NCBI GenBank assembly: GCA_025558095.1
Contig: JAIVFI010000005.1
Span: 372,001 to 436,000, forward strand
DNA length: 64,000 nt
Reading direction: 5' to 3'
Source: Hyaloraphidium curvatum SAG 235-1
Lineage: Eukaryota > Fungi > Monoblepharomycota
Position 1 is the stretch's first letter, and every line of letters begins with the position of its first letter. Below the pieces are notes generated by a model. That model saw only the letters and a list, made by a program, of their open reading frames with translations. It did no database searches and was not told the origin of the DNA. Position numbers and translations under genes: made by a program. This document shows, piece by piece, positions 31,891 to 44,132 of this stretch.

Positions 31891-32736
31891 CTAATAGGGA
31901 CCGGAATAGTAGCCACGGCCGCGGCCCCTGCGTCCAAGCTGGTGAGCACGGGACATGACTGGAAAAGCGATCCGACGCCTCACCTGTATCCGCCACGTCC
32001 ACGGTAGCCTCCATCGTAGTATCCTCCGCGACCACGATAACCTCCTCTGTAACCCCCGCGACCTCGGCCCCGGCCGCGCGTCATGTGCGGGACATTTGTC
32101 CGCTTCGGAGTCACCTGATCGAGACAGCTTGTCAGCAGGGCAAACGAAAACAAAAGCTCGTGCTACCTGCCTTGAGCATCCTGTTCTTAAAGATCGTGTC
32201 GTTGAGGACCATTGCCCCTGCCACCGCCGTCTGGTCGGCAAACTCGATGTACGCGTAGCCCTTCGGGTGGCCGGTGTACTTGTCGCACAAGATGGTCACG
32301 CGATTGATGGTTCCGCAGGCCTTGAAGTGCTCCTGCAGCTCCTCGGGCGTCGAGCTGTAGTCGACGTTCCCGACAAAGATTGATCTGCCGTCGACCTCCT
32401 CCTTCGACTCTGCAAGCCCTCGTCAGACACTTGAAGATTGGGCACAAAGGCAAAACCAACCCTGCGTGGCGCCGGCAGGGTAGAGGTCGTTCTCGACCTC
32501 GCTCTGCATTTTGCGCAGCTTCTCCGCCTCCTCGTCCATCTGGGCAATCCGCTGCTTTAGCTCCTCAATTGACTGCACGTCCAGAGGTGCAAAAAGACGA
32601 GGCGAGGCGTTGAACGTCAGAAAAAGTCGCTCTGAACCGCGGTTGGGGCACCTGCCTTGTCGTCCATGTCCTGGTCGCCTCCCCCAGCCGCGGCATTCTC
32701 CTCCACCGCCGACGCGGCGTGCTCCTCGTCCGCCAT
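31891..32736 (-). CDS. PABPN1: Nuclear poly(A)-binding protein 2 (PABPN1/Pab2)
   Basis: Coiled coil [21 protein letters not shown]; [47 protein letters not shown]; RG-rich tail ending YSGPY. Confidence 0.93.
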
Positions 32737-33190
32737 GTGGATCTATATCTGAGTCGCATTTTGCGCGAAAGGACGCCATCGTGTGGTCGACGAGGTGACG
32801 AAGTGCAACGCGGGGGTTAACCGCGTCCCAGGGGGCCGTGCCACCGCTGCAGCGGGACGGGAGCGTCAGAACTGACTCACATGCAGCGAAGCGGCTCCGG
32901 TCGCTCTTTTTCTTTCTTTCTTTTCTTCGGTTCGGTGGCCTTTCTGTCATTTTATGGCTCTTGTCAAGTTCTTTCTCCAATGATATACGAGCGCGCCGGC
33001 TGCCCCATCGCTGCATGCTACATCCGGCGAGCGAGGCCGCTGCTGTACATACCGGCTACAAGGCCGCCGTGACGAGGAAGTGGGTGGGGGTAGGGGTGTC
33101 CCCGACGGGCACTTAGGCGGTGATCGAGATCGACGCTTCGTCCGCTGTTGACGCTCGCGACCTCGCCACTTTCCTTGAAGCCGCACCGCA

Positions 33191-34654
33191 ATGTCGAGCT
33201 TCGGGAACATCTATCGGGCCCACACGTTCGGCGAATCGCACTGCAAAGCCGTCGGCGTCGTGGTCGATGGGGTTCCGCCCGGCTTGCCGCTCACCGAGGC
33301 GGACATCCAGCCGATGCTTAGCCGCAGGCGGCCTGGACAGAGCAAGCTTACCACTCCGGTGCGTTTGGTCGCCGGGAGCCTTCATGAAGACCTCGGCTTA
33401 GCCTTTGCTCCGGAACAGCGCGATGAGAAGGACCAGGTCGTCATCCTCTCGGGCACGGAGATGGGCGTCACTCTGGGAACGCCCATCGCAATGATGGTCA
33501 ACAACCTGGACCAACGGCCCCACGACTACTCGGAGATGGACCAGTACCCGCGTCCGTCGCACGCGGATTACACCTACCTCCTGAAGTACGGCGTCAAAGC
33601 GAGCAGCGGTGGCGGGCGTTCCTCGGCAAGAGAGACGATCGGTGGGCCTGATTCTGCCCGGTGTACCGCTGTTTCAGCTGACGACGGTCGTACAGGTCGT
33701 GTGGCAGCCGCTGCGGTCGCCGAAAAGTACCTGAAACTGGTCCACAACATCGAGGTGGTGGGGTTTGTGGGCTCCGTCGGCAGTGTCTCGGTCTACCGTC
33801 CGGAGGCCTTTGATCCCGACTCGACGAACGAGGAGCAGTTCCTCGAGAAATGGCATGAGTGGTGGAAGGTGCTTGCGACTGTGCAGCGCGAAGACGTGGA
33901 CAAGAGCGACGTGCGGTGTCCGATCCCCGAGTACGCGGACAAGATGAGAGAGGTGCGTCCTTTTGCCTTTCCGCTCGGAACTTTGGCTAATCCGGTTGCG
34001 TTTTGTAGCGTATAGTGAAGGCCAAGGAGGCGAACGACTCGATCGGAGGCACGGTGGTGTGCGTGATCCGGAACCTGCCCGTCGGACTCGGCGAGCCGGC
34101 CTTTGAGAAGCTGGAGGCCAAGCTGGCCCAGGCCATGCTCTCGATTCCCGCGACGAAGGGCTTCGAAGTCGGCTCCGGCTTTGCCGGCACGGACGTTCCC
34201 GGTCACCTGCACAACGACCCCTTCGTGAAGAAGGCGGACGGCTCGCTGGGCACCAAGACGAACTTCTCTGGCGGCATTCAGGGCGGGATCTCGAACGGGG
34301 AGCACGTCTACTTCCGCGTCGCCTTCAAACCGCCGGCGACGATCGGCAAGGCGCAACCGACGGCCAGCTTCACGGGGACCGACGGTGTTCTGGAGGCGAA
34401 GGGCCGGCACGACCCCTGCGTTTTGCCCCGGGCGGTCCCGATCGTGGAGAGCATGGCATTGCTCGCGATCATGGAGTAAGTTCCGCGGGGCTGCTTTGGG
34501 GATTCGATCTAAGCGACTGGTGTTCCGCAGCGCATTGATGGAGCAACTCTCGAGGCAGGCTGCGCGCTCTCTTATCCCGCAATCCGTCACCGACGCTTTG
34601 CCGCCGCGGCTTACGGGCAAGGCGGCCGTTCCGAATGGAGAAGGAAAGCATTAA
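33191..34654 (+). CDS. ARO2: Chorismate synthase
   Basis: [52 protein letters not shown]. Confidence 0.97.
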
Positions 34655-34702
34655 ATTTTGTCTGTACATGCTACAACTAGAAAGCATCACTCTGAGTCTC
34701 GT

Positions 34703-36638
34703 TCACCGCCCACGGTACCCTCCTCTCGGTGCACCGGCGTATCCGCCTCGCTGCGGGGGAGGGCCACTGTAGGAAGGCTGCTGCGGGGGAGGTTGGCCGG
34801 GGTAGAACTGCTGCCCCTGGGGCGGAATGGCACTCGGATACCCGGGGGGCCCGGCCTGGGGCACAGGAGGGTACCCCGGCGCCGCACCGGGAGGACCGGG
34901 CGGCTTCTGACCCGCCATGGAGCCGCTGAGCATGGACAGCAACGAGCTGACGTCCGCCGACTGTGGCGGCACACCGTACCCAGGCTGCATCGGGGGCTGA
35001 CCGGGCATCTGCATCGCGGGCCCTCCGGCGGGCATCTGAGGCACTCCGTAACCGGCAACCGGCGGGCGAGCGGGCGGGGCACCGCCCTGGATGGCTCCGA
35101 GAAGGTTCGACAGCGCGTTGAAGTCCAGGTTCGGAGGGGGGAGGGCGCCGGGGTTGGACGCGAGGGGGACCACGGGTTTGGGTGGGTATGCGGCGGGGGG
35201 AGGGACGGCCATGCCGACGGCGTTCTTCTGCATGCGGACGTCGGCCACGGCCTTGTCCAGACCGACCCGGTCGTACTCTGTGGCGGGAGGCCTGTCAGAC
35301 CCGAAAACAAACCGCATGAGTTCCCGAAACCCACCGACGTATCCAGTGCTGCCGTCAAAGATGAGCATGGTCACGGTTTCGGTGGCGTCGAAGCCACGTT
35401 CGACGAAAACGACCGCACGGACTCCTTCGTAGTTCATTTGCTGCAGGACGAGCTCGAGCGAGAGTTTCGCCGACAGGAACAGAACCTCCACGTGCATGCC
35501 AGCGCCGCGGAACCTGTTCTCGACGTGCAGAACGTACTGCCTGCAGGGGGCGGGCCAAGGTCAAGATGTACGATGGAGGGCAGCGAGACAGCAACCCACT
35601 TGTCGACCTGGCCGATCACGATGACCTGCACTTCGGGAACGTTGGTACCGTACCTGCGCGGAAGCAGGAAGTCCGATGTGCTGATGGGGATGTCCAGGCG
35701 AAGCCTTCCTCCGAGGATGGACATGAGCGGGGAGTCGTTCCTCCCGGGCGGCCCGCCGCGCGAGTAGGGCGGGGAGTAGGATCTGCGCCTCTCCGGACTG
35801 TAGCTATCGCCCCGGTTCCGGCCCCGCGTGCGCTCCCGGGAATCGTACGGACGGTCCCTGGCATCCCTCCTGTCCGAACCGCGGTAGGGACCGAAGCCGC
35901 GCGGGGGCTCGCGGTCCCGGCCGAAAGTCTCGCGCATGGCACGGTCGCGCTCCTGTTCGGCGCGACGCTCCCTCCGGTTCTTTGCGACGGAAAGATCTGG
36001 CACGGAGCGGGCGTCAGGACGAGTTTGGGAGAATACACGGAGCAGATCTGCCCACCGAGCTTGAGGCCGGCCAGCAGGCGGCCGTTCTCCATGCGGATGG
36101 CCTCGAGGACGGACTCGGCATTGTCGTACTGGATGAAGCCGTACGAGTCCTTGATGACGATCTCGTAGACGTCCCCGTACTGGGCAAAGATGCGGGCCAT
36201 CTCCTCCCTGCGATGCGGACTGTGAGCGGGGCGGGGCACGCACGGGACGTCCACGCACTTGCTGGTCTTCTCGGAGGCCAGGTTGCCGACGAACAGGCGG
36301 CTGTCGTTTGGCAGCGAGAACATGACCGAGTTGGGCGACGTGAAGTGCACCTTGTGGTGCGGATTGAAGCGGTACTCGTCGCCGTCTGCGTCCTGCTGGC
36401 CGAACGACGGGCCGGGCGCGGCGGAGGGGTCGTAGAACGGCGCGGCGCCGGGGAATGCGGGCGGGTAGGCGGCGGCGTGGGCGGGCGCGTGGGGCGGCTG
36501 CGCGGCCAGCGCCATCGGCGGCGTCGGCGCGGCGGCGGACGGGGGCGACGCGGAAGGCGGCGACGGCTGCGCGGCCGCGGACGGCTGCTCCGACAGCAGC
36601 TGCAGGATGCCCTCGACGCCGGGCGCCTCGTCGGCCAT
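34703..36638 (-). CDS. RRM RNA-binding protein with NCOA5/Nab3-like domain and Pro/Gln tail
   Basis: SRLFVGNLASE, FAQYG.V.EIVIKDSYGFIQY; LPRRYGTNVPEVQVIV; QMNYEGVRAVVFV. Confidence 0.8.
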
Positions 36639-36821
36639 GGATGGGCGCGCTACTCCGGAACGCTCGACGCCGGCGACTGCGGGGCAGGGGGCGATGTGAG
36701 TGAACGCGTGTTCTCTTTTTTGCGACCTGGTGAGCGCAGCTGCCGGCGCCTAGTGGTGAGAAACCCCTGCTGATCACAGCCTTCTGGACTTCGATCAAGG
36801 TAAGCGTGCGAGGATCCAGCT

Positions 36822-38995
36822 CTATTCGGCCTTTGGACGAGCCGGTTCCCCGGCGGGCGGCAGATCCGGGCTTTCGCCCCCCTGATCTGCCCCACCCTCA
36901 TCGCCCCCTGGCTTGGCGTCCGTCTTCCACAGCCCGGTCTCCTCGAGCGCCTTTACGTACTCTTTGGGCACCGGCACCACCACGGGCTTGAACTTGCGCG
37001 TCAGCAGGTTGAACAGGCTCCCGAAGTAGAGCGCGAACAGCGTGCACGTCATCGTGATCACGTTGTAGGGCATGGAAAAGTCGGGCGTCGGCAGCGCGAC
37101 GAGGATGTTCTCGGACCAGAACCTCCGCGGCTCCGGGCCGAGCACCGTGACGGCGCAGCCGGCCACGTCGAAGCCCCGGTTGGCGTCCGGGGGGTGCTCG
37201 GTGTAGCGCAGGTGCGCGCGCTCGAAGCCGATCTCCACAAAGGTGGTAGTGTTGGCGGGGAGGAGGAGGAGGAGTTCGAGGGAGGCCGGGCGCTCGCGGT
37301 CGCGCGCGGGGAGGTAGTAGATGCGCTGGAGAAGCCCTGGGTGCCACGAGATCGCGCGTCACGGGCCGCAAGACTTGGGTGCCGATCGCAGCAACACACC
37401 TTGGCGCTTCTCGCCTTCGTTCCACACCTGCATCGTGTGGAGGAACATCCGCATCCACCATGGGAGCGCGTCGAAAAGAGCCACGCTAAGGTTCCCGGAC
37501 GTCGGGTTCTCGAGCCGCGTGAGCACCCTCCCGGACTGCAGCCCGTATCCACCGAGGAAGCGGTGCACGTGCAGCGGCGACGGATCATCCAGGCCCACGG
37601 GAAGCGAGCGGTCGAACGCGGAGCCCACGCTGTCCATGTGCGGTAACGCTGGAGGCGGCGGGTCAGCAATAATCCAGGCCAAGTACCCCGGCAGACCACC
37701 CACGGTCCCGCAGATGGTACACCACCGTCCTCCCCGCCGGCGCGGGCCTGTCCTCGCCCTCCACTGCCGGGGGCGCCGGCAGCTGCAGATCGATGCGGCT
37801 CTCCCCGGCCACGGCGCACGGCACGGTGACCTCCCGCTGGAAAAGTCCGGACACCGTCCAGGACGCGGAGTCCATGAGGCGGACGGGGTCCATCACAAGG
37901 GTCATGGATTGGGTGGCGATCATTTCCTCGTAGGGGAACGAAGCGGTCTGCGGCCGCGGGTGAGTCAAGGTCGTCACCGAAAGCAGAGGCACCCACGGCA
38001 GGGCTCCGGTACAGGTCCACCGACATGGAATGGTAGTTGGCATCGTAGATGCGGTAGGGGTTGAGGAGTTGAGATAGGCCCGCCTGGAACGAAGTCGGTC
38101 GAGGAGCCAAAGTGCCGGCGGCGGCGCCCCACCTTTGCCTTGCACGGCAGCATCTTGATCCATGGGGTCAGGTTCTCCGTGCAGGTCGCCTCGCGAGGAA
38201 GGGCAGCAACGCGCAAACGCGTCGCTTGGCAAATCGTCAGCTTCGTTGGACCTCTTGGAGGGGAAGCCCGCCCACCGTTGCCCCGCCCTCCCAGCGGCCG
38301 AAAGCTCAGGGTCGGCTCGGCGGTGTTTTTCGAGTCGATAAAGTTGAGCGAGGCGCAAAAGATGCCCGAAAGCGTGTTGGCCAGGCTCCGCCACCGCTCG
38401 TCGACGCTGGCCGGGGCGGGGACCGGTCGGACGGCGTCCTCACGCGCCCGAGGCAACCACCCACTCATCGTCGCCCTCGAACCACGTCCACAGGTGGACC
38501 CCGGTGGGTCCGGTGGACTGTGGCTGCGCCCCCCACGCCTTGTGGTTCCACCGTCCCTGGGTGAAGGTGAGGTGCCACTCGGAGACGCGCAGCAGCTGGG
38601 TGACGTGGCCGACGGTCCGCGGGAACGCGCCGTAGTGGTTCTCTGCACGTCGCGGAGGGGATGAAGTCGCCGTTGTGCGGTCCCGGGATCGGTGAGGCGC
38701 GTTTGGAGAGATCGCGGCGGGGGAGCCCACCCATCGCGCCCTTCCGGGGAGGAGGGTACCGGAAGCGCGTCGTGAAATTGAATTCGGCCAGCACCATGCC
38801 GCTCGGCAGCGTGCGGAGGCGGAGCACCTCGTCCGACGCGGTGACGCGGGCGGAGGGACGTGGGGAGGCGGCAACAGGGAGGGAGGCCGCGGCACCCAGC
38901 AGGAGCAGCAGGGCGGGCCATGCGAGTGTCCAAAGGGATGCGGAGGACGCATAGCACGGGAAACAGGCCGGCGCTGCCCTCCGGCGCTTCCGCAT
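36822..38995 (-). CDS. GPI16: GPI transamidase subunit PIG-T/Gpi16
   Basis: [73 protein letters not shown]. Confidence 0.95.
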
Positions 38996-39130
38996 CGCTG
39001 CTGCGGGGTACCGGCAGGAAATGGTATCAGGAGTTTAGCGGGGGAAGAACGAGGCCATTTCCCGGGTCTGCTGGTTGAATTGTCGAGACCAATCAACACC
39101 ACCCGAATTCCTGCGACCCTGAGGAGCGCC

Positions 39131-41175
39131 ATGACTGCGCGGCGGTCGCACGGGCGGCCGAGCCGCGCGTCGGACGCGCGCGCGTCGGCGGGCGGCGACT
39201 TCGAGTTCGCGGCGCCGCGGTACCACGACTTCGACGACGGCGGCGACGACGACGGCGCCGACGAGTGGTTCGACACGCGCGCCGCCTCGCCGCCAGAGGG
39301 CGCGCCGCGCGCCGCAATGGACATCGACGACGACGGCGGCGACGACGGCGGCGACGGCGACGGCTGGGGAGACGGCGGCAACGGGGAGGGCGGCGGCGAC
39401 GGGGCCGACTCCGGGAGGCGCTCGTCGGCACGCTCCCTGCGCTCGCGCCCCTCGCACCCCAGGCCGCTGCCCGCGCAGCGCTCGATGCCCGCGCGCAGGG
39501 CGCCCACCGGCGTGGCACCCGCACCGGCCGCACCCGCGCTCGCCGCAAAGGAGCCGTACCAGGCAAAGAAGCTCACCGTGCCGAAGGAGTTCCGCTTCCA
39601 GAGCGAGGCCCGCGCGGCAAAGGCGCCCGCTGCGAAGCGGGTGTCGCGGCCGCACCCGGGTGCAAAGGGCGGCGGCGTGCAGGTGGGGTGTCCCGCTCCC
39701 GCGTCCAGCACATCCCTCACACGCACGACCCGCAGAAAAAGGTCCAGCCGGGGAAGGAGGGCCGCAAGCAAGCCCAGCAAAAGACCACCCTCACCGTCCC
39801 CAAGCCATTCCAGTTCCAGACGGCCTTCAAGGCCCTGGCCAAGGAGGCCGAGGTCCCCGTCAAGTCGCCCTTTGTGCCTCTCGCCGTCAAGGTCAAGCAG
39901 TTTGAGCAGTCCTCCCCCGTGGCGAAGCGGACGCGGACAAAGGTACGCCGCAAGTGCATCGGCGAGTGTCGTTGATTAACGTTCGGCGCTCCGCAGCAAC
40001 TCATGAAGGCGGCGTCGCCCAAACTGACCAACCCGCGGTCGCCGCGCCTGCTCACCAAGCTCCGCACCAAGCCCACCCACATCCCTACGGCGGAGGAGCG
40101 CGAGCTCGCCGAGATCGGTCCCCGATTCCGTGCACACCCCGTCAACCACGCGGTGCGCCTTTCCCGCAGCTTCCCATCCCCGCACTAACATTGGTTCGCC
40201 CGCCCAGGTCCTCGTCGGACCCAACCCCGTCACCAAGCGATCGAGACCCACGCTCACCATCCCCCAATCTCCTGCGATCCACAAGCCCCGCCCGCCCGCT
40301 CCCCGCCCTCCCAGCCCCCCGCGCGTGATCCGCGCAAACCCGATCCCCGACGTCGCCCCCTTCGAGCCCCAGCTACCTCGCCGCGCGGTTCTCCCCGCGG
40401 ACTTTGAGCTCCCCGGCGACGAAATCAGCAGGCGCAAGCGGGAAGAAGCCGAAGCCGAACGGCGGCGCCAGTCTGAGGAGGCGAGGAAGGCCAGGCGGTT
40501 CGTCGCCAGGGCCCTGCCCGACGACGAGGTTCCCGAGGTGAGCGTCGTCAGCACATGTCTACTGCATGCACAGCCGGGCAGGCAGGCTCATTTGCACGCA
40601 GCCGCTTCCCCCGGTCGAAACCAAGCCCCTCACCTATCCCGAGGCGTTCCAGCTCAGCACGGACGCCCGCGGGGAGGAGCACCAGCGCCGGCTGCGCGAG
40701 CAGCTGGAGAAGGAGAAGCGGGAGAAGGAGAACCGCACCCGCTTCCGCGCGCGGCCGTTCCGCGAGGTGGAGCCGTTCGTGCCCGCCAAATCGGCCAGGC
40801 CGGCGACGGAGCCCGAAGCCGTGGTGCTGCACAGCGACCTGCGCGCCGAGGAGAGGCGGGCGTTCGAGGAGGCGCAGAAGGAGAGGGAGCGGATGGCGGA
40901 GGAGCTGAGGAAGAGGCAGGAGATGGAGATGGAGGTCGGTGCGTCCTTGTCTGCATGCCGCGATCGCCAACGATTTCCTTCGCTTGCAGGAAAGGGAGAA
41001 GGCGGAGATCCGGGAGCTGCGTCGCCGGGCCGTGCACCGCGCCGAGCCGATCCGCAGCTACGCACCCGTGGTGGTCAAGCCGTCCAACAAGCCGCTGACG
41101 GATGCCGAATCGCCCATGATCGGAGAGAAGCGGAGGAGGGCGGCGCAGGCGCAGAACGTGTCGGCATCCAACTGA
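39131..41175 (+). CDS. TPX2: TPX2-like spindle assembly factor
   Basis: N-terminal FEFAAPRYHDF...ADEWFD; repeated LTVPKEF.F, LTVPKPFQF, FRAHP, FRARP, LT.PE.F.L.T; C-terminal EIRELRRRAVHRAEPI...KPLTDAESP. Confidence 0.8.
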
Positions 41176-41279
41176 ACCTTCAGGCGAGACCTTGTGTATT
41201 CAATCTTCTTGTTGCAGTTTTCTACATTCTTCTCCATGCAAAAGCGTGTGTCTCCTCTGCCGCCGCGTCTCCAAGAGCT

Positions 41280-41965
41280 TCATTCCCAAACGTCGCCGAC
41301 GCCGATCTGCGACCTCAGCACCGGCTCGTCGACGTGGCTTTTGTGCCAGCCAAGTAGAGCCCCGTTCCTGGTAATCTCGCCCAGGAGTTCTTCCGACAAT
41401 CCGGGGATATCACCAATGGTCAGGCAACTGACGGCGAGTGTCAATACCAGACAACGCTGAGGATTGCAGCACACACCTAAGCTTCTGATACCTCCTGCGC
41501 ATATCGCCCATCACAGCGAGAGACGACACCGGCATCCCCTTGCATCCCGTGAGGTTGATGGACAGCAAGCCCGTGAAGCCGTCGCGGATGGCCTCCATCG
41601 AGGTGCCCGAGACCAGCCGGCAATAGCTCAGGTCCAGGTGCTTCAGCAACGGGCACGCAGCAGCGATCGCCAGGATGCCCTCGTCCGTGATTTGGACGGC
41701 ATCCGGCGCCGCCTGCGAGCGGAGGACAGAGAGAGATTCGAGGGCCGTGCCGCAATGGGCTGCAGCGGCTACCAGCACCGAGTCGTCGATCGCGCTCCTC
41801 GAGAGGTCGAGGCGGGCCAGGGGGGTGCAACCGCGTGCATGGCGAGCTCGCAAGAGCGAGGCAATGCCGGCGGCCGTGACGCTTGTGAGGGAAGCAAGGC
41901 GGAGGTATCGCAACTGCGGCGCTGTGCACGGGCCCGGGGGTTCCAGTCCCGCGGCGCACCTCCTT
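41280..41965 (-). CDS. Leucine-rich-repeat (RNI/F-box-LRR type) C-terminal segment; own 5' end missing or spliced to the upstream orphan gene
   Basis: LRYLRLASLTSVT, LARLDLS, ITDEGILAIAAACPLLKHLDLSYC, LLSINLTGC; frame closed by TGA near 41966. Confidence 0.7.
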
Positions 41966-44132
41966 CAACGCGCGGTGCTCGAGGTTGGTCGAGGTCTGCA
42001 CGGCGGGGTGGTCAGGCGGACGGAACGGGGGCGACAGACTGGGCGGCAGTACGCACGGTCTTGGACGCCACCGCGTTGAAAGGCTGCTCGCGGTGGATAG
42101 ACCCGGGCTGCCTCTCGTCCATGCCGAAGTAGGGGAGCTCCTTGCGGCTGGGCACCGGCTCCACTCCGTCACCGCCCTGGTTTAGAGGCAGCGCGTCAGC
42201 TTCGACGGAGCTCGAGAACGGGGATACTCACCACCGGGTTGCTGGCAAAGTAGAGCCGCAGGAACGAGTCGAGCTCGCGGTCGCGGTGCAGGTACGGATC
42301 GAGCTTGTGGCCTTGCTTCACGCCGAGCTGCTCAGCGATGCCGCCGATGCCCTTCTTCTCGTAGATCCGGCGGACGTCGCCGATGGTCTGCATCGCCGAC
42401 AGAGACAGCAAGTACTCAAGAAGCGACCAGAGCGGCGACACGTTGCCGAAGCCGTTACGGAAGAGCTCGAGCACGTACTGAAGAGGATGTCCGTCTGGCA
42501 AACGATGCAGCAGAGCGCGCGCGCAGACACCCACCGAGACGGGAGGAGGGCCCACGGGCTCCGGCTCCAGGCGGCTCCCGGGGAGCTGCGCGGCAACCCG
42601 CCTGTAGTCGTCGGCCGAGATCAGCAGCTGTGGTCCAGATGTGCCGAAGTCGCTCTGTGCGGACTTCCGTGAGCAGGGACTTGCTAGCGGCAAGCATGGC
42701 GAAGCCAACCTTGATGAAGATGGCGCCGAGCTCGGTCCAGCCGGGAAGCACTCGGGCGTTCGGTTGCGCCCGGAACGCCGCAAAAAGCCGCACATCCCGC
42801 GCGGTGTTCTGGTCGATCTCGAGGCCCTTTCCGTGCGCCCAATCGAGAAGGCCGAAGTAGAGCCTCCGGCCTAGTTCGTATGCATGGTACTTGAGGGTCT
42901 CCAGACCGAGTACGGGATCGCCAGCACCCAAACGGAGCAAATGCGCCTGAACAGTCGCAGGAGTAGAGAAGCCCATCAAATTGCAGAGGCCATGGCAAAC
43001 GAGGTGCACCCCAACTTCTTCCAGCCGGCTGTCCATGTAAAGCTTGTCCGCAAACGCTTCCCATTCGTGAAGACCCGCTGACGGCAGGTGCCGACGCCCC
43101 AGCACAATGGCCTGGTCCGCGACGGTCTGAGCAGCGGCGCCCACGTCCGCGTCGGCCGCCGGGATGTCGCGGGGCTCAGCGGCCTGTGCCGTCGGCTGAC
43201 CATACGTTAGGCCGGCCAGCTCTCGGTCACGTACGGCCTTGACCAGGTCGGCGCTGCCTATGCCGTAGCGCTCCCGTGTCTCCCCGACAATACGCCGGAT
43301 GAGCTCGCGCTGCACAGGGGGACAGCAGTGAGCCAAATGCGCAGTCGTCTGCGCACTCCCGGAACTTACGTGGAGGCAGTACAGCATGAGGTTGTCGACC
43401 AGGGGGTTGGCATTGTGAGTTGTTCCCCCGATCTCGTTCGTGAGAAGTACCCTGACGTCCTTGTCCTTGAAGACGTCGGCGAGCTTGCCCTCTGCCAGAA
43501 GCAGCTCGCGCACGCCCTTGAGGCCGAGGCTGGCGAACTTCTCGAGCAGATCTGCTACCGACTCGAACACCTCGTCCGCGCGTGCGAAGAGCTTGCGGCG
43601 GTCCTCGGGATCGCGGATCGCCTGCACCGCATGCTTGAATAGATCCGACGGTTTCTGAGCGCGGCGGAAGAGTGTCAGCCTCGGTTGTGGTCCGCCGATG
43701 GAAGTTCACCACCTCAGGGTTGCTCAAAGGAGGCCTCCTGAACGCGTAAGGCTCGTTCAAGTCGACGCCGCCCTGGAGGAACCGTTCCCTTCCGGGATCC
43801 GTCCTGCTCGGCCCGGCGGATGGTGGCTGCTGGAGAGCGGCCGGCGATGCTGGCCGTGCGACGAGGGACGCGGCCGGTGGGACGAGTGGCGCGACGCCGC
43901 CGCGGCCCCGTCCCCGCGGCTGCGTAGCACCTCGCTGGGCGGCCGGCTGGGGGTTAGCAGATCCGCCGCGTCCGCCTCTGGGCGCGGCAGCGGCAGGTGC
44001 GGCCGGCGGAGCCGAGGCGGGCGCGCCCGCGGCCCCGCCTCCGCGGGAGGCCCCTCCGCGGCCGCCGCCACGCCCTCCGCCGCGGCCACGTCCGCCGCGT
44101 TGAGATCCGGCGCTCGCCGCGCCGCGAGTCAT
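41966..44132 (-). CDS. Orphan spliced protein with RGG-rich N-terminus and helical body
   Basis: MTRG...RGGRGRGGGRGG; canonical introns (about 43660-43715, 43310-43368, 42655-42710, 42180-42230) link the frames; no recognised domain. Confidence 0.55.

Noticed and set aside
39225-39400. GAC/GGC trinucleotide-like repeats (also GGASSS repeats near 24110-24155)
   Set aside because: Ordinary low-complexity coding sequence (Asp/Gly and Gly/Ser tracts).
42455-43627. Frameshifts in the orphan gene suggesting a pseudogene
   Set aside because: Each frame change coincides with a canonical short intron that has a branch point.
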